In this document: positions 50,248 through 60,214 of the stretch, piece by piece
Layout: the number at the start of each line of letters is the position of its first letter
Numbering within the stretch: position 1 is the first letter of the stretch
Assembly: GCA_965223855.1 (NCBI GenBank)
Contig: CBDCXM010000008.1
Span: 288,001 to 352,000, forward strand
Direction of reading: 5' to 3'
From: Candidatus Multivoradales bacterium
Lineage (GTDB): Bacteria; Acidobacteriota; Thermoanaerobaculia; Multivoradales; JAHEKO01
DNA: 64,000 nucleotides
Position numbers and translations under genes: made by a program
The notes under the pieces: generated by a model
Database searches by the model: none
What the model was told of the DNA's origin: nothing
Seen by the model: only the letters and a program-made list of their open reading frames with translations

Positions 50248-50988
50248 TCAGACGGCGGACGATCCGGCCAGGGCCTCGGCCACGGTGCGGCTTCGGGAGC
50301 GGCTGATGGGCAGCTCCGTCCCGTCGTCGAGGACGACCGTTCGCCGCGACCGGATCTCTCTCACCCGGTCGGCGTTGACGATCGCCGAGCGGTGGACGCG
50401 GACGAAGCCGCGCCCGGACAGCAGTCGCTCGAGGGACTTCATCGAGCGGCGGATCAGGTACCGGGTGCCGGCCGCGTGGAGCCTCACGCAGTAGTCGGCC
50501 GCCTCGATCCAGTCGATCGACTCGGTCGGCACGTAGCGCATCCGACCGGCAGTTCGCACGGCCAACCTCGAGGGCCCTGCCCCTTCCCCTCGATCCTCGA
50601 TCGATTCCGCGGCGGCGCTCGTCGCGAGCCGTTCGTGAGCGCGATCGAGAGCCACCGCCAGCCGCTTCCGCGAGACCGGCTTCATCAGGTAGTCGATCGC
50701 GTCGACGTCGAAGGCCCTGAGGGCATGATCTCCGTGAGCGGTGACGAAGATCGTATGGGGAGGGGCCTCGTCTCCGAGCCGCCTCAGGACCTCGAACCCA
50801 TCCATGTCCGGAAGACTGACGTCGAGCAGCAGCAACTGGGGCCTTGCGCGCCGCACCGCTTCCACGGCCGCATCACCACAGTCGGCCTCGCCCACCAGTT
50901 CGAGGCGCTCTTCCGAGGCGAGCAGCGTCTGCAACGCCACGCGCGCCAGCGGTTCGTCATCGACGATCAACGTGCGGATCGGCGTCAC
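50248..50988 (-). CDS. LytTR-family response regulator
   Basis: VDDEPLAR, LLD, FVTAH, DYLMKP, FVRVHRS. Confidence 0.93.
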   Translation of the reverse strand: MTPIRTLIVDDEPLARVALQTLLASEERLELVGEADCGDAAVEAVRRARPQLLLLDVSLPDMDGFEVLRRLGDEAPPHTIFVTAHGDHALRAFDVDAIDYLMKPVSRKRLAVALDRAHERLATSAAAESIEDRGEGAGPSRLAVRTAGRMRYVPTESIDWIEAADYCVRLHAAGTRYLIRRSMKSLERLLSGRGFVRVHRSAIVNADRVREIRSRRTVVLDDGTELPISRSRSRTVAEALAGSSAV

Positions 50989-50992
50989 GGTC

Positions 50993-52225
50993 TCAGCCGG
51001 CCTCCACGACCGTGACGACCGGAGGAGCTGCGGCCGCTTCCCGGGCGGTCGCCATCTTCGATCCCGGCAGACTGTCGAGCGTGCTCGTCGCGGGAGGGGC
51101 GACCGGCAGTTCGAGGCCGGCGATCGTCTCGGCTCCGTCCCGGGAAAGGTCGAAGCTCCAGTCGCCGCCGTAGATCGCTTCCAGCCTCGAGGTGACGTTG
51201 GCGAGGCCGTATCCCTCCTGAGCCGAGTCGTTGCCGACGGCTGTGTCGCCAGGATCGGTCGAACGCGGCTCGGGCGCGGTGTTGCGGACCTCGAGCCTCA
51301 GCCGATCCTCCCAGCGGTGCGCATGGACCCGGATGGTGCCCGCCCCGGTCGACCTCGCAAGGCCGTGCTTCACCGCGTTCTCGACCACCGGCTGCAGCAC
51401 GAGGTTGGGGACCATCAGGCCGCGCACCGCGTCCTCGACCTCGGTCGCGACCACCAGGCGATCGCCGAAGCGGACCTGCTCGATCTCGAGATAGAGCTCG
51501 GCAAGGCGAACCTCCTCGGCGACGGTCACCAGCTGCCGCCCTGTCGCCTCCTGGGTGCGCCGCAGCAGCTCCGAGAGACGGATCAGCATGTCCTCGGCCT
51601 CGGCGGCTGACCCCTGCCTCACCAGACCGACGACGGCGTTGAGGGCGTTGAAGATGAAGTGCGGCTGCAGCTCCAGCCTCAGCGCCCGGAGCTCCGCCTG
51701 TGCCAGGTCGGCCCGCAGCCGCGCTTCGCGCAGGAGACGGCGTTTCGCCTCGATTCCGGTCCCGAGTGCGACGATGCCGAAGTACAGCAGCACGTCGAGC
51801 AGCAGCCAATTGTCGAGTTGGAACCGGTACTCGGCGAGGAAGGGCTGCGCCGCGGCGACCGGCTCGTAGGGATCGATCGGCATCGCGAAGAGCGTCGTCG
51901 GGATCGCCTCGAGCGCCGCAACGGCGAGCGCTCCTCCAAGGTGGCCCACGATCGGCAGCAACCTCGGCTGCAACGGATGGCGCATCCCGAGCCAAAGGAC
52001 GGCGGGGGTGAGCGCCACCCACCCGCTCGCCGCGGCGACCTGCCACAGCACCATCCGCCACCACGAGTGTTCGTGGGTCGGCATGCTGAGGACGATCTGG
52101 TTGCCGGCGACGATGCCGAACACCACCCAGAAAGCAAGGACGAGCCACCACGGCACACCGAACAACCGTCGCCAAGTCGAGCGAGAGCGGTCGGGAGAGC
52201 GTGGCTCTGAATTCGGGAGGTGCAT
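50993..52225 (-). CDS. LytS-type membrane sensor histidine kinase
   Basis: Four TM helices, QPHFIFNALN, QPVVENAVKHG, GYGLANV. Confidence 0.92.
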   Translation of the reverse strand: MHLPNSEPRSPDRSRSTWRRLFGVPWWLVLAFWVVFGIVAGNQIVLSMPTHEHSWWRMVLWQVAAASGWVALTPAVLWLGMRHPLQPRLLPIVGHLGGALAVAALEAIPTTLFAMPIDPYEPVAAAQPFLAEYRFQLDNWLLLDVLLYFGIVALGTGIEAKRRLLREARLRADLAQAELRALRLELQPHFIFNALNAVVGLVRQGSAAEAEDMLIRLSELLRRTQEATGRQLVTVAEEVRLAELYLEIEQVRFGDRLVVATEVEDAVRGLMVPNLVLQPVVENAVKHGLARSTGAGTIRVHAHRWEDRLRLEVRNTAPEPRSTDPGDTAVGNDSAQEGYGLANVTSRLEAIYGGDWSFDLSRDGAETIAGLELPVAPPATSTLDSLPGSKMATAREAAAAPPVVTVVEAG

Positions 52226-52578
52226 CGCGACTGCCGCAGGCAGAAGGCGTGCGAGCGATGGAGGATGCTAGCAGTCGAATCAGGGTAGCCGGCCCCTCCG
52301 TCGCCCCGTTGCCGACCGCCCTCCTTCGAGGCCGGCGGCAGCGACGACGCCTTCGACCAGAACCTACCGCGTCGACCCCGCTCTGGATTCCTCACGCCTC
52401 GGCGCTGCAGGGAACGGTCTCCCGGATGCAGCGAACGAAGGGCTGCAAGCTCGCGCCAAGGCACCGGCCGCCGGCCCCTTCCACCGCCGCGACCACCCGA
52501 GACTGCACCGTACGAGCCGTTGGCTGCACTGCTGCGGGTCATGGGGAACACCCGCTCGCAGGATGAGGTCTGTCCCTC

Positions 52579-54810
52579 GTGAAGACGCTCGACCGACAGG
52601 CCGACCTCCGGCCGCTACCCGAGGAGACCGAGACCTTGCGATCCACGACCCCGAAGCGTGCCACCGTCATAGCGCTCCTGCTCGCGACCTGCATCGCGAC
52701 CGCCCTGCCCCTCACAGCAGCCCGCAGCGAGATTCCGCCCGAGACCGACGAACGCAAGTCGGTGCGAAGCCTGATGACCACCACGCCGCCGGAGATCGAC
52801 GGCCGCCTCGACGACGCCCTGTGGCGGCAGGCGCCTCTCGTCGACGACTTCCACCAGATCCAGCCCGAGCCCTACGGCGAGCCGACCCAGCGCACCGAGG
52901 TCCGCGTCGCGCACGACGCCGACTATCTCTATGTCGGCGTCCATCTGCACGACGTCGAGCCGCAGCGCATCTCGGCAAAGCAACTCATCCAGGGGGGCGG
53001 GATCTGGAGCGACGACCGCTTCTTCGTGATCCTCGACACCTTCGACGACCGGCGCAACGCCTTCTTCTTCTCTCTGAACGGCAACGGCGTGCGCCGCGAG
53101 GCGCTGATCTCCGGGCAGAGCTTCAACGACAACTGGGACGCGATCTGGCAGGGGGACTCCAGAGTCGGTGAGACCGGGATCACGATGGAGATGGCGATCC
53201 CCTTCAAGTCGCTCGCCTTCGATCCCGGCAGCGAGATCTGGGGGATCAACTTCGGGCGCATCATCCCGCGCACCAACGAGCAGATCTACTGGTCTTCACG
53301 CGGCCAGCAGGACTTTCCCGACTCCCCCGCCTTCGGGGGGCGGATCGAGGGCCTCACCGGCCTGCGCCAGGGACTCGGCCTCGACATGGTGCCGACCCTC
53401 GTCGGCTCGGCGATCGATCTCGAGGGCGGAAGCTCTTCCGAGACGGAACCGGCGCTCGACATCTTCTATCGACCGACGCCCGGGCTGACCGCAGCGGTGA
53501 CGCTCAACACCGACTTCTCCGCTACCGAGGTCGACGCCCGACAGATCAACACCGACCGCTTCTCGCTCTTCTTCCCCGAGAAGCGCGACTTCTTTCTTCA
53601 GGACGCGGGGATCTTCAACTTCGGAGGGATCGGCGGCAACGGTCAGCCGTTCTTCTCCCGCCGGATGGGCCTCGACGGAGACGGGCGTCCGGTGCCGATC
53701 CGCTGGGGAGCCAAGGTCACCGGCCGGCAGGGCCGCTTCAACTACGGGCTGCTCGACGTCGAACAGGACTCGGAAACGGGAAGCGAGAACCTGTTCGTCG
53801 GCCGCGCCTCCGTCAACCTGCTGGAGGAAAGCTCGGTGGGTGCGATCGTCACCCATGGTGACCCGGTGGCCGGGCGCGACAACACACTCTTCGGGGCGGA
53901 TTTCCGCTATCGCGACAGCAGCGTCTTCGAAGACAAGGTCGTCGAAGCGGACGTCTGGTTTCAGCGCAGCTCGTCCGACGGCGTCGAGGGTCGCGATGGC
54001 GCTTACGGCGCTTCGCTCACCTACCCCAACGACCGCTGGTTCGTCGGCCTCGAGGTCTCGGAGATCGAGGAGAATTTTCGGCCGGCGCTCGGCTTCGTCA
54101 ACCGAACCGGGATCCGCGAGCTCATGCCGCGCGTCCGCTATCGCATCCGCCCACAGAGCGGACCGATACGGGCGGTCAACACATGGCTTTACTACGAGCG
54201 ACTCACGGACACCGACGACCGCCTGCTGACGTCGCGGATGTTCTACTTCGGCTCCCTCGAAGGGCAGAAGGGCGACTGGCTGACCTACCAGTGGCTGCAG
54301 CGCCGCGAAGTGCTCCAGGGCCCCTTCCAACTGCTCGGCCGGCTCGATGTCCCGGCGGGCGACTTCTCCTGGGACGAGTACCGGCTCTTCTTCGACAGCT
54401 CCACCCACCGCCGCACCTCGCTCCACGTCGACGTCTTCGACGGCGGCTTCTTCGACGGTGAGCGTACCCAGGTCGCGATCGAAGTACAGCTGCGCCCCTC
54501 GAAGCACCTCTTTCTCTCCGGAAAGTACGACCAGGCGGACTTTCAGATGCCGTCGGGGCGCTTCATCACCCGGCAGGCGACCCTGCGCACCAACGTCGCC
54601 TTCACCTCGACCCTGTCGTGGAGCAACCTCGTCCAGTTCGACAACCTCTCCGACACCGTCGGCCTCAATTCGCGCTTCCGGTGGATTCCTCAGGCAGGCC
54701 GCGAGCTCTTCCTTGTCGTCAATCAGGGTTGGGACGTCGAGTTCGACAACGCGCTGCGCTCGGCGGACTCTCAGGTCACTACGAAGGTCGGCTACACGCT
54801 GCGCTTCTGA
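52579..54810 (+). CDS. CBM9-like + DUF5916 outer-membrane beta-barrel protein; start uncertain
   Basis: IDGRLDD, EMAIPFKSL, NTDFS…EVD, FFPEKRDFF, terminal YTLRF. Confidence 0.85.
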   Translation: MKTLDRQADLRPLPEETETLRSTTPKRATVIALLLATCIATALPLTAARSEIPPETDERKSVRSLMTTTPPEIDGRLDDALWRQAPLVDDFHQIQPEPYGEPTQRTEVRVAHDADYLYVGVHLHDVEPQRISAKQLIQGGGIWSDDRFFVILDTFDDRRNAFFFSLNGNGVRREALISGQSFNDNWDAIWQGDSRVGETGITMEMAIPFKSLAFDPGSEIWGINFGRIIPRTNEQIYWSSRGQQDFPDSPAFGGRIEGLTGLRQGLGLDMVPTLVGSAIDLEGGSSSETEPALDIFYRPTPGLTAAVTLNTDFSATEVDARQINTDRFSLFFPEKRDFFLQDAGIFNFGGIGGNGQPFFSRRMGLDGDGRPVPIRWGAKVTGRQGRFNYGLLDVEQDSETGSENLFVGRASVNLLEESSVGAIVTHGDPVAGRDNTLFGADFRYRDSSVFEDKVVEADVWFQRSSSDGVEGRDGAYGASLTYPNDRWFVGLEVSEIEENFRPALGFVNRTGIRELMPRVRYRIRPQSGPIRAVNTWLYYERLTDTDDRLLTSRMFYFGSLEGQKGDWLTYQWLQRREVLQGPFQLLGRLDVPAGDFSWDEYRLFFDSSTHRRTSLHVDVFDGGFFDGERTQVAIEVQLRPSKHLFLSGKYDQADFQMPSGRFITRQATLRTNVAFTSTLSWSNLVQFDNLSDTVGLNSRFRWIPQAGRELFLVVNQGWDVEFDNALRSADSQVTTKVGYTLRF

Positions 54811-54855
54811 GCTCGCCGCGGCGTCGGCGCTGCCCCACGTCAGCGGAAAGGCGAG

Positions 54856-56091
54856 CTACCGAAAACCGAGCCGGAACCGTCCGACGAGGATCGCCACGAC
54901 TGCGGCAAGCACCGCGCAGAGGACGAAGTGGCCGGAGTAGCCCAGAGACTCGGCGCTGAAACCGCTCAGAGCGCTCCCGACGAGCGGCCCGACGGCGGCC
55001 AGCGACTGCTGCAGGGTGAAGTCGGTGGCGGCGCTCTCGGTCCGGGAGCGGTCCATCATCGAGGTGTAGAGGGCCGCCGTCGCCATGCCTCCCGCCAGCG
55101 AAGCGATCAGAGAGATGATCCAGAGCAGCGGCACTGAAGCGACGCCTCCTGCAGGCAGCAGGAAAGCTGCCAGAGCGAACGCCTGAAAGGCGGAGAATCC
55201 CGCCATCGCTCGCCGGCGACCGAGACGCTCGACGGCGATACCGCCGGCGATCGCTCCGAGCAGAGCGCCGATCGAGTTGCCCAGGCCGACGATCAGGCCG
55301 ATCCGGGCAAGGCCGAGGCCGAGGTCGACGAAGAGCGGCTTCGCCATGGTCAGAGCCATCGCTTCGGCGGCGCGGAACAGGACGAGAACCGCGATCCAGC
55401 CACCGTTCCCGGAGCGGCGGAAGAAGCGGCCCAAAGCCGCCCAGTCGACTCCCGAAGGCTCGCCCGCTTCCTCGCGCGGTCGTGGCGGCTCCCGGAAGCG
55501 CGCCAGCGGCAGCATCGGCAGCGCCATCAGGAGCGCCAGGCACAGTACCGCCGGCCGCCACCCCCACAGCGCGTAGAGCAGGAGTGTCAGGCCACCGCCG
55601 AGGATCTGACCGAGGTAGTACCCGCCCACCTGGACGCCATTACCGATGCCACGCTCGGACCTGGCGAGCAGTCTCACCGCGAGGCCGTCCGAAGCGACAT
55701 CCTGGGTCGCCGCACACAAAAGGAAGAGCGCCGCCAGAGGCAGCAGCCAGCCGAACTGCGCCGCCGGGTCGAGCAGCGCGATCCCGGCGACCGACACCAC
55801 CGCCAGCGCCTGCAACGGCACGAGCCACGAGCGGTAGTGGCCGTGACGCTGCGAGCCCCACCGATCGACCAGCGGCGCCCAGAGGAACTTCAACAGGAAC
55901 GGCAGCGCCAGCGCCTGGATCAGGCCGATGTCGCGCCGCTCCAGGCCGAAGTCGCGCCCGATCGCCGGCACCGCTTCGACGAAAAAGCCGAGCGGAATCG
56001 CCTGCGAGACGTAGAGAGCCGCCAGCAGCGCCAGCCGGTGGCGGCTCTTCGCCGCGGGAACGTTGACGCCGGCGTCACTCCCGTCAGACAT
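54856..56091 (-). CDS. MFS transporter, AmpG/RhtX-like
   Basis: LYVSQAIP, KFLWAPLVD, ATQDVASDG, about 12 TM helices. Confidence 0.88.
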   Translation of the reverse strand: MSDGSDAGVNVPAAKSRHRLALLAALYVSQAIPLGFFVEAVPAIGRDFGLERRDIGLIQALALPFLLKFLWAPLVDRWGSQRHGHYRSWLVPLQALAVVSVAGIALLDPAAQFGWLLPLAALFLLCAATQDVASDGLAVRLLARSERGIGNGVQVGGYYLGQILGGGLTLLLYALWGWRPAVLCLALLMALPMLPLARFREPPRPREEAGEPSGVDWAALGRFFRRSGNGGWIAVLVLFRAAEAMALTMAKPLFVDLGLGLARIGLIVGLGNSIGALLGAIAGGIAVERLGRRRAMAGFSAFQAFALAAFLLPAGGVASVPLLWIISLIASLAGGMATAALYTSMMDRSRTESAATDFTLQQSLAAVGPLVGSALSGFSAESLGYSGHFVLCAVLAAVVAILVGRFRLGFR

Positions 56092-56096
56092 GTCGA

Positions 56097-56903
56097 CTAG
56101 CGCGGCTCGAGCAGACGCAGCCCGGCAGATCCTTCGAGCAAGCTGTGCACGCGCGCCCTCCTGAAGAACTCCTCGAGCCCGGCGAGGGCATCCTCGTCCA
56201 ACCGGTAGCTGAGACTCTGTGTCAGATAGTCGCGCAGCACCTGCCGACCCAGACCGAGCTCCTCGCGTGCCAGCTCGACGATTGCCGTGGTCGAGGCGAG
56301 CCCCGCCTCGAGGCTCGCTTCGAGGGCGGCGGTGAGGCTCGCCACGCCATCGAGCGCCTCTTCGCGCACGGCCCAGACAGCGAAGACGAACGGCAACCCG
56401 GTCAGGGCTCGCCACTCGGCCGCCAGATCCCAGATGCGGTAGGGGTCGCGCGGCACCGACAGCGCCGGATCGCCGATGATGAGCGCTGCGTCGGCGCGCT
56501 CGAGCATCTCCTCGGCATCGGGTGACGCCTCCATCACCTCGGGCTCGCGGCTGTAGCGGTCGCGCATCAGGATCTCGACGAGACACGCCGAGGTGCGGCT
56601 GTTGCGGTCGAGAGCGACGGTCGACACCTGCTCCAGCGGCCCCTTCGACAGCAGCAGGACGCTCCTGACCTCGTGCGTCGCCGCGACACAGAGCCCGGGG
56701 ACCACCGACAGGCCGGGGATCCTGGCCGCCTCGATCGACGGGACGAGACCCACGTCGAGGGTACCGGCCGCCAGCCGTGAGGCCACCTGGGCCGGAGGCA
56801 GGTAGGTGACCTCGAACCCTTCTTCCTGCCGTCCCGTGAGGAATCCCCAGGCGAGCGGCCAGGCGTTGAGGTAGTCGACGATGCCGACCCGGATCGCCGT
56901 CAT
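56097..56903 (-). CDS. mqnA: Chorismate dehydratase (futalosine pathway)
   Basis: YLNAWPL, VRSVLL, SRTS, IGDPAL, TGLPFVFAVW. Confidence 0.92.
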   Translation of the reverse strand: MTAIRVGIVDYLNAWPLAWGFLTGRQEEGFEVTYLPPAQVASRLAAGTLDVGLVPSIEAARIPGLSVVPGLCVAATHEVRSVLLLSKGPLEQVSTVALDRNSRTSACLVEILMRDRYSREPEVMEASPDAEEMLERADAALIIGDPALSVPRDPYRIWDLAAEWRALTGLPFVFAVWAVREEALDGVASLTAALEASLEAGLASTTAIVELAREELGLGRQVLRDYLTQSLSYRLDEDALAGLEEFFRRARVHSLLEGSAGLRLLEPR

Positions 56904-57958
56904 GGCCGGGACTCCCGGTGAAACTCAGCGAGCAGGTTCAGCTCGAGCCGCCTCTCGTCCGCCGGTAGCCGGCCGATCTCGCCCGCGGCCTCGTAGAAGC
57001 GCCGCCAGTCGCCTCTCGAGCGCTCCAGCAGCGCTTCGAAGGCGGGCACGTACTCGTGGTAGCTGCCGATCGAGACCAGGTGCGCGTTGTTGAGCTCGCC
57101 TTCCATCCACGCATCGTACCGGTCGTCGCCATCCCAGGTGGCGGCGAGGCGCCGGTAGCGATCGCGCCACTCCTCGAACAGCCGACGCTTTCGCGCTCGC
57201 TTCTCCTCCGCCGCCAGCTCCGAGCCGTAGAGCTGCTCGAATTCGGTGCGCACCTCGAGCGCCAGATCGAAGAATTCCGCGTCGTGGCGCCTCCTCAGCC
57301 GCAACGCCTCCAGCTCGTCGTCGTCGATCTCTCCGAGTCGCGCCCAGCGGTCGAGCCCGCTCTCCTCCACAGTAGTCGCGAACGACTCGTTGAAGGCGGT
57401 GTCGTCCTGAACATAGACGACCTGGTGCGCCAACTCGTGAAAGATCAGCCCGGCGAGTTCCGCAGGGGGCAGCGCGACGAAGCTCGACAGCAGTGGATCG
57501 GCGAACCAGCCGAGGGTCGAGTAGGCGCGCACCCCGTAGACCGAGACGTCGTGCCCCCGCCGGGCGAGCCTGGCGCCGAAGCGACGCGCCCGCTCTTCGT
57601 CGAAGTAGCCGCGGTAGGAGACACACCCGGCGATCGGGAAGCACCAGGTGACCGGAGACATCGACAGCTCCGGAGCGGCAACGACGTTCCACACCGCGTA
57701 GGGCCGTCCGAGTTCGACGTAACGCCGGTAGCTGGCGTTCTCCGGGAGCGCGAGCTCCCGGCTGGCGAACTCTCGCGCCCTGGTCGCGAAGTCGAGCGAC
57801 CCCTCGAGCTCCGGCCGCTTTTCCACCGCCCGTTCGATCGACTGCCGGGCGACGAGGAGCCGGACCTGGCCGACTACTGCCTGCGAGTAGTAGGAACGGC
57901 AGGCGCCGAGCGCCACGAGCGCCAGCGCCAGTGGGATCAGCCAGCGCCGCGACTTCAC
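56900..57958 (-). CDS. Zinc aminopeptidase-like lipoprotein (DUF2265 family)
   Basis: Lipobox LGAC, WCFPIAGCVSYRGYF, AYSTLGWF, HELAH, FNESFA. Confidence 0.88.
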   Translation of the reverse strand: MKSRRWLIPLALALVALGACRSYYSQAVVGQVRLLVARQSIERAVEKRPELEGSLDFATRAREFASRELALPENASYRRYVELGRPYAVWNVVAAPELSMSPVTWCFPIAGCVSYRGYFDEERARRFGARLARRGHDVSVYGVRAYSTLGWFADPLLSSFVALPPAELAGLIFHELAHQVVYVQDDTAFNESFATTVEESGLDRWARLGEIDDDELEALRLRRRHDAEFFDLALEVRTEFEQLYGSELAAEEKRARKRRLFEEWRDRYRRLAATWDGDDRYDAWMEGELNNAHLVSIGSYHEYVPAFEALLERSRGDWRRFYEAAGEIGRLPADERRLELNLLAEFHRESRP

Positions 57959-57976
57959 CCGAAGGGACCCCGCGCG

Positions 57977-59284
57977 CTACTTGCCCATCGCGTTGAGGAA
58001 CTCCGCGTTGCTCTTGGTCTTCTTGAGCTTGTCGAGAAGCAGCTCCATCGACTCCACGGTCGACAACGGGTTGAGGACCTTGCGCAACACCCAGACGCGG
58101 CGCAGCTCGTCGCTCGCCATGAGGAGTTCCTCCTTGCGGGTGCCCGACCGGTTGATGTCGATCGCCGGGAACACCCGCTTGTCCATCAGCTTGCGGTCGA
58201 GGTGGATCTCGCAGTTGCCGGTCCCCTTGAACTCCTCGAAGATGACGTCGTCCATCCGGCTCCCGGTATCGACGAGCGCCGTGGCGATGATCGTCAGCGA
58301 ACCGCCCTCCTCGACGTTGCGGGCGGCACCGAAGAAGCGCTTCGGCCGGTGGAGCGCGTTGGCGTCGAGGCCGCCCGAGAGCACCTTGCCCGAAGGAGGC
58401 TGCACCGTGTTGTAGGCGCGCGCCAGCCGGGTGATCGAGTCGAGCAGGATGATGACGTCCTTCTTGTGCTCGACGAGCCGCTTCGCCTTCTCGATCACCA
58501 TGTCGGCGACCTGCACGTGGCGCGTCGCCGGCTCGTCGAACGTCGACGAGACGACTTCGCCCTGGACCGAGCGCTGCATGTCGGTCACTTCCTCGGGGCG
58601 CTCGTCGATCAAGAGCACGATGAGCACCGCCTCGGGGTTGTTCTTGGCGATCGAGTTCGCGATCGACTGCAGGAGCATCGTCTTGCCGGTGCGCGGCGCG
58701 GCGACGATGAGGGCGCGCTGCCCCTTCCCCATCGGCGTCGCCAGATCGAGGACGCGCGACGACAGGTCGTCCTCGCTCTCCATCACCAGACGCTCCATCG
58801 GGTAGAGCGGCGTGAGGTTGTCGAAGAAGATCTTCGTTCGCGCCACCTCCGGATGCTCGAAATTGACCGCCTCGACCTTGATGAGGGCGAAGTAGCGCTC
58901 CCCGTCTTTCGGCTGGCGGACCTGGCCGGAGACCGTGTCGCCGGTGCGCAGATCGAAGCGCCGGATCTGGGACGGCGAGACATAGATGTCGTCCGGGCCC
59001 GGCAGGTAGTTGTACTCGGGGGCGCGCAGGAAGCCGAAGCCGTCCGGCAGGCACTCGAGCACACCTTCGGCGAAGATCAGGCCGCTCTTCTCGGTCTGCG
59101 CCTGCAGCACCTTGAAGATCAGCTCCTGCTTGCGGACGCTCGACGCCCCCTCGACGCCCAGCTCCTGAGCGATCTCGATCAGCTCCGCGATCTTCATCTC
59201 CTTCAAGGTGCGGATGTCGAGCGTTGCCTGCTCCTCGATCTCGGCCGTGGCTTCGGCGTTCTTGCTCTCGGTGGCTTCGGTCAT
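57977..59284 (-). CDS. rho: Transcription termination factor Rho
   Basis: [45 protein letters not shown]. Confidence 0.97.
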   Translation of the reverse strand: MTEATESKNAEATAEIEEQATLDIRTLKEMKIAELIEIAQELGVEGASSVRKQELIFKVLQAQTEKSGLIFAEGVLECLPDGFGFLRAPEYNYLPGPDDIYVSPSQIRRFDLRTGDTVSGQVRQPKDGERYFALIKVEAVNFEHPEVARTKIFFDNLTPLYPMERLVMESEDDLSSRVLDLATPMGKGQRALIVAAPRTGKTMLLQSIANSIAKNNPEAVLIVLLIDERPEEVTDMQRSVQGEVVSSTFDEPATRHVQVADMVIEKAKRLVEHKKDVIILLDSITRLARAYNTVQPPSGKVLSGGLDANALHRPKRFFGAARNVEEGGSLTIIATALVDTGSRMDDVIFEEFKGTGNCEIHLDRKLMDKRVFPAIDINRSGTRKEELLMASDELRRVWVLRKVLNPLSTVESMELLLDKLKKTKSNAEFLNAMGK

Positions 59285-59319
59285 CTCTTACCCCGTGCCT
59301 GTGCGGCGGTAGGTGGGTG

Positions 59320-59503
59320 CCAGCCCGGACTTCTCACGCCGCTGTGGCCTGGTAGGCCGTAGGTTGCTGAAGATACAAGGCGTCCGTTCGCGAGCACCGC
59401 AGGCATAGCCGAGCTACGTCGAGGAGCGCAGAGAACGGAGAACGCAGTAGATTCAGTGACATACGGTCTACCAGGGTGCAGTGGCGTGAGAAGTGCGGGC
59501 TAG
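59320..59503. mobile_element. ~184-bp CTAG-bounded fold-back element, copy 3
   Basis: TIR ccagcccggacttctcacgcc / ggcgtgagaagtgcgggctag; the right CTAG supplies the engB stop on the minus strand. Confidence 0.85.
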
Positions 59504-60080
59504 AGGAAGTTGTGGAGGCTCTTCCACAGCTCGCGACACCGATGCCGCGAGTGGCGGAGAACCCGATCAGGTCGGCCTCGGGAGCGAGACCGAGCGTCTG
59601 GCGAATGGACTTGAGCTGGCGAGCCTGCCGGCTTCGCGGCACTTTGTCGATCTTGGTTGCCACGACGGTCGTCGGCATCCCGATGTCGGCGAAATAGGTC
59701 GCCGAATCGACATCGAGCGGCGTCGCGCCGACCTTGGCGTCGACGAGCTGAACGACCGTCGTCGCAGCCGGAGCCGTGTCGAAATAGGCCTCCATCAGAA
59801 GGGCCCACTCACGGCGCATCTTTTTTCCGACCTTGGCGTAGCCATATCCCGGGAGATCGACAAAGTAGAAAGACTCGTTGATGAGGAAGTAGTTGATCGC
59901 CCGTGTCCTCCCGGGCGTGGAACTCGTGCGCGCCAGGGAACGGCGACCGAGCAGACGGTTCAGAAGACTGGATTTGCCGACGTTGCTGCGCCCGACGAAA
60001 GCGATCTGGGGCAGAGCGTCCTCGACGAGGTCCGACTTCCTGACAGCCGATCGAAGGAACCGACCCGACTCGATTCTCAA
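59500..60080 (-). CDS. engB: Ribosome biogenesis GTPase YihA/EngB (apparent 1-nt indel near 59535)
   Basis: GRSNVGKSS, DLPGYGY, TKID; the expected end ELWKSLHNFL* lies in another frame. Confidence 0.92.
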
Positions 60081-60214
60081 GATTCCGTCTCTCTCGAAGA
60101 GTTGCAGACGTCCCGGACGGGACAGCGGCGGCGAGCCGCGGGGTCAAACTGGAAGGAAGGTTGCCGACAATCGGCGGGAACCGAGGCGGGAAGACGCAAG
60201 TGTAGTCGAAACGA

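Noticed and set aside
52521-52536. GG-N10-GC sigma-54-like box before the DUF5916 gene
   Set aside because: Poor match to both TGGCAC and TTGC; likely chance in GC-rich DNA
59320-59503. Fold-back element as 6S RNA (similar ~184-nt rod shape)
   Set aside because: Three dispersed copies in both orientations, with CTAG ends overlapping stop codons, fit a repeat element better; I could not identify 6S consensus motifs
59334-59540. Extended EngB C-terminus or programmed frameshift
   Set aside because: The normal-looking end ELWKSLHNFL* is one base out of frame, there is no slippery site, and other indels in the window point to sequencing error
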